Of a stretch of DNA of 41,254 nt, positions 7,833 to 14,935 are shown one piece after another. The translations under genes were made by a program, and so were the position numbers. The notes under the pieces are model-generated. The model saw nothing but the letters and a program-made list of their open reading frames with translations, searched no databases and was not told where the DNA came from. The stretch is from an uncultured bacterium (lineage in GTDB: Bacteria; Actinomycetota; Humimicrobiia; Humimicrobiales; Humimicrobiaceae). The stretch is from contig CBEVGD010000002.1 of the NCBI GenBank assembly GCA_965549355.1, forward strand, positions 1 to 41,254, read 5' to 3'. Each line of letters starts with the position of its first letter. Position 1 is the first letter of the stretch.

Positions 7833-8588
7833 ATGAGAGCAGTAGTAATAGAAATACATAAAAATCACTGCATCGCTGTAACGCCTGACGGCAGGTTTGT
7901 AAAGCAATCTATCGATCAGGGAGAGTTTGAGATAGGCGATGAGATAATGGTAGAGGCAAGGCATCTGGCCCGGAGAAGGGATTGGACAAGGACCCTTGCC
8001 ATTGCCGCTGCCGCCGCTATGGTCATCGGTCTGGGTTCCTGGGGGATGTTCAGGATATCTGGACGGTATAAGCCTTCTTCAAATGATGGCATGGTTGCTG
8101 AGTCCGGGATCATGGAAGAGGAAAAGGCAGCCGGTGATGAGGTTATGACGGTTGCTACAGAACAAGAGACTTCCGGAGAAGAAGCCGGGATGACAGATAT
8201 ATCAGAGGATAGAGCGGATTTTGCTGCAGAAATAGAACGGATGGAAGGTATTGTGACAGGTACGGGAGAAGTGGATGCGGTTATTGCCCTGAAGATAGCA
8301 AATATCGGGCAGCCGGCAGAGATTGTTGCGGGAAACCTGTTGCTTCTGTACTGGGCAAAGGAGGCAGAGAAAAACATGGAGCTATTGTTTGGAGCAGAGA
8401 TGCTTGATCCGGATCTTAGCTTTACTGGAAAAATCAAAGTATCTATGCTTTTTGATGACGGGAGCATTGCCGGGGAAGATATGTTCTCCATGAGTAAATT
8501 CAGCGGCGAGGATAAGATTCAGGAGTTTATTGCATTTGAATCCGGGGCCTATGATATGAGTATAAAGATAAACGGTATTTTTGAATAA
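7833..8588 (+). CDS. rsgI: RsgI-like anti-sigma-I factor with an uncharacterised extracytoplasmic domain
   Basis: The N-terminus MRAVVIEIHKNHCIAVTPDGRFVKQ...GDEIMV is the RsgI_N fold signature. There is a single TM (LAIAAAAAMVIGLGSWGMF). The ATG at 7833 lies 1 nt after the sigI stop and is preceded by GGGTGGGAG. The ORF track offers GTG 7821 as an alternative start. Confidence 0.75.
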   Translation: MRAVVIEIHKNHCIAVTPDGRFVKQSIDQGEFEIGDEIMVEARHLARRRDWTRTLAIAAAAAMVIGLGSWGMFRISGRYKPSSNDGMVAESGIMEEEKAAGDEVMTVATEQETSGEEAGMTDISEDRADFAAEIERMEGIVTGTGEVDAVIALKIANIGQPAEIVAGNLLLLYWAKEAEKNMELLFGAEMLDPDLSFTGKIKVSMLFDDGSIAGEDMFSMSKFSGEDKIQEFIAFESGAYDMSIKINGIFE

Positions 8589-8681
8589 TTTGACTGCCTG
8601 CCTCACTATGGGAAACTACACTTCCGTATATATATTACAGATCAAGATCGAACCTATTTAATTAAAGCAAGGGGGATTGCT

Positions 8682-9962
8682 ATGAAAAAGAGATCTGCAA
8701 AAGTCATTATATTAGTATTAACGGCCGTCTTTTCTTTATCATGTCTTACAGTATTTACCGGCTGCATCGGTGCAGGTACCAGTGCGGCAGGTATTATATT
8801 GGTGTCCACCGAAGAATCCGATGAGATGGCAGACAATGTAAGCCGGGAGCTTATTGGAGCCAATAATAAGTTTGCCTTTGATATCTTCAGGGAACTGCTT
8901 GCTGAAGATAAGGGCAAAAATATCTTTATATCTCCCTTTTCTATAACTACGGCTCTTGCAATGGCATATAATGGAGCTGAAACTGATACGAAAGATGCTA
9001 TGGCGGAGGTCCTTGGTTTTTCAGGACGGGACCTTGATGACCTCAATAGTAATTTTTCACAGCTTCTGGTAATCATCCAGAGTGCAGATCCTGATATTGA
9101 GCTTGATATTGCAAATTCGGTATGGAAGAGGTCGGGTTTTGAGGTGGAAGAGGATTACCTTGATAGAGTGGAACAGTATTACTATAGTACGGTGCAGGAT
9201 CTGGACTTCTCAAGGAGTGATGCTCCGGATATCATAAATAAATGGATAGAAGATGCGACCAGGGGAAAGATCGATAAGATGATAAATGAGATCGATGCAA
9301 TGGTCATGATGTACCTTATAAATGCGATCTACTTTAAAGGAGACTGGACCTATCCTTTTGATGAGGAACTTACAAGGACAGATGATTTCTATCTGGAGGA
9401 CGGCAGTACGGTGGATGTGGAGATGATGGAAAACTATGGAGATTATAAATATAGCGGAGATGGAGATATTGAGGCAGTGAGGCTTCCTTATGGGCGCGAT
9501 ATGGTTTCGATGTATATTATGCTGCCTGCTGAGGGTACCGGCCTGGACTGGGCCATAGAAGAAATAACAGGAGATAGCTGGATTGGGTTTATAGACTCTT
9601 TTGCTGAAAGGGAATTAAATCTGAGGATGCCAAGGTTTGAGATCGAATACGGCATCAAAGACCTATTGCCGCCGCTTACCAGACTCGGGATGGGAATAGC
9701 CTTTACTGATAGGGCCGACTTCGGCGGGATGCATCCGGATCTCTATATATCCAGAGTCGACCATAAGGCAGTAATAGAGGTAAATGAAAAGGGAAGCGAA
9801 GCGGCAGCCGTTACTGTTATAGAGATGAAGATAACTTCTGCTCCGGCTGAACCTATAGAATTTACCGCAGACAGGCCCTTCTTCTTTGTGATCTCGGACG
9901 ACAGGACCGGGACCATACTCTTTATGGGTAAAGTCGCAAATCCTGCAGAGAGCTCCGATTAG
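8682..9962 (+). CDS. Serpin (inhibitory type), predicted lipoprotein
   Basis: Signal peptide with lipobox VFTG-C. Serpin core (NIFISPFSITTALAMAYNGA, LINAIYFKGDW), hinge EKGSEAAAVT, and C-terminal DRPFFFVISDDRTGTILFMGKV. The SD AAGGGGG precedes the ATG. Confidence 0.92.
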   Translation: MKKRSAKVIILVLTAVFSLSCLTVFTGCIGAGTSAAGIILVSTEESDEMADNVSRELIGANNKFAFDIFRELLAEDKGKNIFISPFSITTALAMAYNGAETDTKDAMAEVLGFSGRDLDDLNSNFSQLLVIIQSADPDIELDIANSVWKRSGFEVEEDYLDRVEQYYYSTVQDLDFSRSDAPDIINKWIEDATRGKIDKMINEIDAMVMMYLINAIYFKGDWTYPFDEELTRTDDFYLEDGSTVDVEMMENYGDYKYSGDGDIEAVRLPYGRDMVSMYIMLPAEGTGLDWAIEEITGDSWIGFIDSFAERELNLRMPRFEIEYGIKDLLPPLTRLGMGIAFTDRADFGGMHPDLYISRVDHKAVIEVNEKGSEAAAVTVIEMKITSAPAEPIEFTADRPFFFVISDDRTGTILFMGKVANPAESSD

Positions 9963-10020
9963 AGCCATTATATTATTTTTAATAATATCTTTTTGATGAT
10001 TTTAGAAAGGGGTGGATGAA

Positions 10021-11283
10021 ATGGCAAAAGCAAAAATAGCACTAACAGCAATAATAACGGCCATTTTTCTTGCAGGGATCATATTTCCAATCGGTTGTGC
10101 CAGAGGCAGCAGTGCAGCCGATAGTGTGCCGGTTGTATCGGAAGAGAGGTCCGATGAGCTTATAGAGAATCTTGACAGGAGCCTGGTGGATGCCAATACA
10201 AGATTTGCATTTAATATATTCAGGGAGCTTGTAATCGAGGATAAGGATCAGAATATTTTCATATCACCGCTATCCATCCTTCTGGCCCTTGCCATGACAT
10301 ATAATGGGGCCGCGGAGGATACAAGTCTTGCCATGGCTGATGCAATGGAGTTTTCGGGTATGGACCTTGAAGAGCTGAACCAGGGGTTCGGCGATCTTAT
10401 GGTGAGCATCCTTAATGCAGACAGCGAAGTGGAGATGAGTATTGCAAATTCAATATGGCAGAGGATGGACTTTGATGCTAAAGAGGATTTTATAGATATA
10501 AATAAGAAATATTACAACTCCGGGGTAAGAAAGCTTGATTTTTCTGATCCAAAGGCTGTTGATACTATAAATGACTGGATATCGGATGCCACCAAAGAAA
10601 AGATAACAGAGATGCTTGATGAGACCCCCCCGACTGTTGTGATGTATCTTATAAATGCAATATATTTTAAGGGCGACTGGACATATCCCTTTGAAGAGGC
10701 TGCCACTCATGATGATGATTTTTATCTGGAAGACGGAAGCACAAAGAAAGTGCCCATGATGAATATACAGGAGCATTTCCAGTATGGAAGAGGAGATGAT
10801 TATGCGGTAATAAGGCTTCCATACGGCCAGGAGAAGTTTTCGATGTATATAGTCCTTCCTGATGAGGGGACCGCTATTGACAGCATTGTAGGAAGTTTGG
10901 ATGAAGAGAAGTGGAACGGGATCACCGGCAGCCTATCAGACAGCGAGGTAATACTGGCTATGCCAAAGTATAAGATGGAATATGGTGTAAAGCTTTTAAA
11001 TGATAGCCTGACGGATCTGGGAATGGGCATAGCTTTCGGACCCGGGGCTGATTTTTCTGGTATCAGCGAAGGGATATTTATCTCAAAGGTAATACATAAG
11101 GCTGTTATCGAGGTCAATGAGAAGGGAAGCGAGGCGGCAGCTGCCACGGTTGTGGCGATGGCAGAATCTGCAATGGTCGCTGATGAAATGGTGGAATTCA
11201 TAGTCAATAGGCCCTTTATATTTACAATATCAGATGACAGGACAGGCAGTATTCTCTTTATGGGTAAGGTGATGGAACCCTAG
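10021..11283 (+). CDS. Serpin paralogue (inhibitory type), predicted lipoprotein
   Basis: Lipobox FPIG-C. Serpin core (NIFISPLSILLALAMTYNGA, LINAIYFKGDW), hinge EKGSEAAAAT, and NRPFIFTISDDRTGSILFMGKV. The ATG at 10021 follows GAAAGGGG. The ORF track starts at GTG 10012. Confidence 0.92.
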   Translation: MAKAKIALTAIITAIFLAGIIFPIGCARGSSAADSVPVVSEERSDELIENLDRSLVDANTRFAFNIFRELVIEDKDQNIFISPLSILLALAMTYNGAAEDTSLAMADAMEFSGMDLEELNQGFGDLMVSILNADSEVEMSIANSIWQRMDFDAKEDFIDINKKYYNSGVRKLDFSDPKAVDTINDWISDATKEKITEMLDETPPTVVMYLINAIYFKGDWTYPFEEAATHDDDFYLEDGSTKKVPMMNIQEHFQYGRGDDYAVIRLPYGQEKFSMYIVLPDEGTAIDSIVGSLDEEKWNGITGSLSDSEVILAMPKYKMEYGVKLLNDSLTDLGMGIAFGPGADFSGISEGIFISKVIHKAVIEVNEKGSEAAAATVVAMAESAMVADEMVEFIVNRPFIFTISDDRTGSILFMGKVMEP

Positions 11284-11314
11284 GAGCCCGGGCCGGTTCC
11301 CGGACAGGCTCCCG
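11283..11314 (+). repeat. Copy 1 of the 19-nt motif GTTCCCGGACAGGCTCCCG, embedded in a GC-rich hairpin right after the serpin stop
   Basis: GGAGCC (11283-11288) pairs with GGCTCC (11307-11312), and CGGG (11289-11292) pairs with CCCG (11299-11302). No U-run follows. The motif core (11296-11314) is identical to the reverse complement of 32010-32028. Confidence 0.6.
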
Positions 11315-11387
11315 TGATCAGAGAAGTCTTATAGAAATAAGATATCGATCTTAATATTTCTATCCTGAAAAGTTTTTAAAATTATAT

Positions 11388-11439
11388 TTGATTTATTGCT
11401 TGCATGTGTTGTATAATATGCTCGTCTATTTTTTAGACG
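11388..11439 (+). promoter_or_regulatory. Putative sigma-70-type promoter and 5' hairpin of the RRM-protein leader
   Basis: TTGATT (11388-11393), 18 nt, TATAAT (11412-11417), then hairpin CGTCTA-ttttt-TAGACG (11423-11439). This would give a leader of about 170 nt before the ATG at 11594. Confidence 0.4.
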
Positions 11440-11593
11440 CTATTAATAATGGCAGTAGGGATATTTATTTAGGGATACAGACCACATAGATTTTAAGTCT
11501 TCGTTTCTATTCTTTTCTTAAATCAATGGCTTTATTTTTATATTATATGTTTACGGCTGTTTAAATAGCAAAATTTTTTTACAAGGAAAGGCT

Positions 11594-11959
11594 ATGCAAA
11601 TGAACAAGAGGATGTATGTAGGAAATCTAAGCTATTCAGTAACCGAAAAGGAACTGAATGAGCTCTTTGCCGAATTCGGCGAAGTCACTTATGCCAAAGT
11701 TATTTCAAGTCCTGAAGGAAGATCGAAAGGTTTTGGTTTCGTAGAGATGGCAGAGGAAGATGCTGCAAAGGCTGCTACGGAAAAACTTAACCAGTCTGAA
11801 TTCATGGAAAGGACTATTGTCGTCAATGAGGCAAGAGAAATGGAAAAAAGGCCCCCAAGACGGGACAATAACGGCGGCGGATACGGTGGCGGCCAGAGAA
11901 GAGGCGGCGGAGATGACCTCAACTACAAACTAAGGCAGCTTAGAAAAAAATTTAAATAG
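11594..11959 (+). CDS. Glycine/arginine-rich RRM-type RNA-binding protein
   Basis: RNP2 MYVGNL, RNP1 KGFGFVEM, and C-terminal RRDNNGGGYGGGQRRGGGDD. Confidence 0.88.
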   Translation: MQMNKRMYVGNLSYSVTEKELNELFAEFGEVTYAKVISSPEGRSKGFGFVEMAEEDAAKAATEKLNQSEFMERTIVVNEAREMEKRPPRRDNNGGGYGGGQRRGGGDDLNYKLRQLRKKFK

Positions 11960-12028
11960 TTATTTATTTTAACTTGAATTTTAAGCTGAATTAATCTATA
12001 GTGTGTTGTTAGAAAATTTAATATAAAA

Positions 12029-12139
12029 CCTTTAAAATAGTCCGGAGAGGCTAAAAAGGCATGAGATATAGATTATTAATACAATATAATAATATAGATA
12101 TAAAGACCTTCTTACATTTTTTGTAAGAGGGTCTTTTTT
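12029..12139 (+). promoter_or_regulatory. PyrR-binding hairpin plus intrinsic terminator (pyr attenuator)
   Basis: CCTTT (12029-12033) pairs with AAAGG (12055-12059) around a loop AGUCCGGAGAGGCU, which matches the PyrR box UCC(A/G)GAGAGGCU. Downstream is the hairpin AAAGACCTTCTTACA / GTAAGAGGGTCTT (12102-12135), followed by TTTTTT. Confidence 0.72.
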
Positions 12140-12154
12140 ATGCGGGGAAGTCTT

Positions 12155-12703
12155 ATGGCAGAAAAAGCAAATATTCTAAATTCATCGGATCTGAAAAGGG
12201 TTATAAAGAGGATATCCCATGAGATACTTGAAAGAAACAGGGGATCTGAGAGCCTGGTCATCATAGGCCTCCAAAAAAAAGGTGTGCCTCTTGGGAGGCG
12301 GATTGCCAGAAATATTGAAGCATTAGAGGAGAGAAAGATAAAATTTGGAAAACTTGACATCTCATTTTACCGCGATGACTTTGGAAAAAAAATAAAATCT
12401 GATATAGAAAAGACAGAGATAGATTTCGATGTCGCAGACAAAAATGTGATACTGGTGGATGATGTGCTCTTTACCGGAAGGACCATAAGAGCGGCCCTTG
12501 ATGCAATAATCGATCTGGGGAGACCGAGGTCCATACAGCTTGTGGTCCTTATTGACAGGGGACACAGGGAGCTTCCCATAAGGGCGGACTATGTGGGAAA
12601 GAATCTGCCTACATCGCGAAATGAGATGGTAGAAGTCAGGCTCGACGAAACTGACGGCAGAGACAGCGTAATACTTGTAGAAAAGGTAAAAGATGTTAAA
12701 TAA
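12155..12703 (+). CDS. pyrR: Bifunctional pyr operon regulator / uracil phosphoribosyltransferase PyrR
   Basis: MAEKANILNSSDLKRVIKRISHEILERN..., PRPP motif VILVDDVLFTGRTIRAALD. The ATG at 12155 follows GGGGAAG. The track start at 12140 abuts the terminator U-run. Confidence 0.9.
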   Translation: MAEKANILNSSDLKRVIKRISHEILERNRGSESLVIIGLQKKGVPLGRRIARNIEALEERKIKFGKLDISFYRDDFGKKIKSDIEKTEIDFDVADKNVILVDDVLFTGRTIRAALDAIIDLGRPRSIQLVVLIDRGHRELPIRADYVGKNLPTSRNEMVEVRLDETDGRDSVILVEKVKDVK

Positions 12704-13613
12704 AAAAAGCTTATTAAAGATAGACGGCATGAGCAGCGATGATGTAATAAAAATAATGGAGACTGCCGATTCCTTTACAGATATTTCAAAAAGAGAAATA
12801 AAGAAGGTGCCCACACTCAGGGGAAAGACTGTGGTGAATCTGTTTTTTGAACCCAGCACAAGAACGAAGACCTCTTTTGAGCTGGCTGCAAAGAGGCTGT
12901 CGGCAGATATAATAAACTTTGCCGCATCCGCGTCCAGCCTTAAAAAGGGTGAATCCATTATGGATACATTGAGGACGATACTTGCTATGCAGGTCGACCT
13001 TATAGTGATACGCCATAGCGATAGCGGTACAGTAAAGATGGTCGATGATAATATACCGGTCCCGGTCATCAATGCCGGAGACGGGAAACACCAGCATCCC
13101 ACACAGGCTCTTCTTGATCTGTACACTATAAGGAGCAGATTTAAGGAGTTTAAAGGGTTAAAAGTGGCAGTCACGGGAGACTTTCTAAACAGCAGAGTGG
13201 CAAGGTCCGATATCGCGCTTTTTGAAAAGATGGGCATGGAGGTATCGCTGGTTGCTCCTCCGATGCTTCTTCCGGAGGATTATTCGGATTTTAATGTATA
13301 CAGCAGCATAGACGATGTCATAGAAAATGTCGATGTGCTTTATATGCTGAGGATGCAGTTTGAAAGGCAGGACAGGAAATTCTACCCTTCAGTGAAGGAA
13401 TATAACAGGTTCTTGAGCCTGAATAGCTGTAGAATGGGTAAGATGAAAAAGGATGCTATTGTCATGCATCCAGGACCCGTAAACAGGGGCATAGAGATAA
13501 GCGATGAAGTCATGGGAGGCAGAAAGAGCCCATACGACAGTATCCTTATAGAGGATCAGGTTACAGGAGGAGTAGCTGTAAGGATGGCTCTTCTATACCT
13601 GATACTCGGATAA
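12693..13613 (+). CDS. pyrB: Aspartate carbamoyltransferase catalytic subunit
   Basis: Motifs STRTKTSFE, HQHPTQALLD and MHPGPVNRGIEI. It overlaps pyrR by 11 nt. Confidence 0.92.
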   Translation: MLNKKSLLKIDGMSSDDVIKIMETADSFTDISKREIKKVPTLRGKTVVNLFFEPSTRTKTSFELAAKRLSADIINFAASASSLKKGESIMDTLRTILAMQVDLIVIRHSDSGTVKMVDDNIPVPVINAGDGKHQHPTQALLDLYTIRSRFKEFKGLKVAVTGDFLNSRVARSDIALFEKMGMEVSLVAPPMLLPEDYSDFNVYSSIDDVIENVDVLYMLRMQFERQDRKFYPSVKEYNRFLSLNSCRMGKMKKDAIVMHPGPVNRGIEISDEVMGGRKSPYDSILIEDQVTGGVAVRMALLYLILG

Positions 13614-13630
13614 TAATTATATGTATTAAG

Positions 13631-14935
13631 ATGGATAGGATTATGTACAGTAAAATACTGATTAAAAATGGCAATCTGGTTGATACCAAAAAGGCAAAGG
13701 TATATAAGAGCGACCTGTATATCAAAGATGGCATCATTGAAGACATAAAAGATATAATCGAAATAGGCGATAAAGATGTCACTATAGTAGATGCTAAGGG
13801 CCTGACTGTGATGGCCGGCCTTGTTGATATGCACGTTCACTTAAGGGATCCGGGTTCTGAAGAGAAGGAGACCATTGAAAGCGGAGCAAGGGCGGCTCTG
13901 GCCGGCGGCATCACATCGATGGTATGTATGCCGAATACATCGCCTGTGCTTGACAGCCCTTCCCTCATTAAGTATGTGATGGACAGGGGGAAAGATACCG
14001 GATGCAATATTTATCCTGTAGCAGCTATGACGGTTGGGCTGGAAGGAAAGAATATGACAGAGATGGGTCTTCTCTCGGAGATGGGAGCTGTGGGATTTTC
14101 CGATGACGGAAAGGCTGTAGCCGATGCGAGGCTGATGTTTGAGATAATGCGCTATTCGGTTCAGTTTGGAAGACCCCTCATACTTCATGAAGAAGTCAGA
14201 AGTTTCTCAAGATACGGAGTGATGCATGAGGGCAAATATTCTACCCGCCTCGGGCTGGAAGGTATTTCCAGCCTTTCAGACGATCTTATGATCGGAAGGG
14301 ATATAGTGTTGGCCGGGATCAGCGGAGCAAAGATACATATAACCCACATAAGCACCAGAGGGGCAGCGGATATGATAAGGAAGGCAAAAAAAGAAGGCAT
14401 CGATATAACATGCGATGTAACGGCCCATCACTTATTTTTTAATGACAGCTATCTTGAAAGTTTTGACACCAACTTGAAGGTCAAGCCGCCAATAAGGAGC
14501 AGGGAGGACCAGGAAGCCCTCATAGAGGGAGTGGCTGACGGCACCATAGATGCAATAGTATCGGATCATGCACCGCATCTTGATACCGAAAAGAATACGA
14601 CTTTTAAGCTGGCAGAGTTCGGGACCACGGGGCTGGAGACGCTTTTTGGGGCAAGCTATAGCATATTATGCAGGGAAAGAAAGCTCAGTTTAGACAAAGT
14701 GATAGGACTCCTGACAGAGGGGCCCTCAAAAATAGCGGGGATTGATGGTGGAAGCATAAAGAAGGGAGCCCGGGCCGATATAGCGGTGGCTGATTGTAAG
14801 GCTGGCTATACTGTAAAGAAGGAAGACTTCAGGTCCAGGAGCAAAAACAGCGCATTTATAGGGCAGAAGCTATATGGAAAAATATTATATACGATAAGCA
14901 ATGGAAAAATAGTTTATGAAAGCGGGTTAAATTGA
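13631..14935 (+). CDS. pyrC: Dihydroorotase
   Basis: Motifs DMHVHLRDPG and SDHAPH, with amidohydrolase architecture. It ends in a TGA that overlaps the carA TTG start. Confidence 0.9.
   Translation: MDRIMYSKILIKNGNLVDTKKAKVYKSDLYIKDGIIEDIKDIIEIGDKDVTIVDAKGLTVMAGLVDMHVHLRDPGSEEKETIESGARAALAGGITSMVCMPNTSPVLDSPSLIKYVMDRGKDTGCNIYPVAAMTVGLEGKNMTEMGLLSEMGAVGFSDDGKAVADARLMFEIMRYSVQFGRPLILHEEVRSFSRYGVMHEGKYSTRLGLEGISSLSDDLMIGRDIVLAGISGAKIHITHISTRGAADMIRKAKKEGIDITCDVTAHHLFFNDSYLESFDTNLKVKPPIRSREDQEALIEGVADGTIDAIVSDHAPHLDTEKNTTFKLAEFGTTGLETLFGASYSILCRERKLSLDKVIGLLTEGPSKIAGIDGGSIKKGARADIAVADCKAGYTVKKEDFRSRSKNSAFIGQKLYGKILYTISNGKIVYESGLN

Noticed and set aside
8589-8681. A sigma-I-type promoter (C-rich -35 and CGAA-like -10) upstream of the first serpin
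   Set aside because: Only a CGAA at 8649-8652 is present. There is no ACCCCC/AAACCC-like -35 at a sensible spacing. The same is true upstream of 6813. This is not enough to call, so it is left as a test in the main finding.
12362-13237. A 291-aa ORF on the minus strand across pyrR/pyrB. Similar long antisense ORFs occur at 16135-16824, 7916-8491 and 21866-22393.
   Set aside because: They lie entirely antisense to strongly supported conserved genes. Their translations are low-complexity Ser/Leu/Ile-rich with no recognisable motifs and no SDs. This is typical of shadow ORFs.
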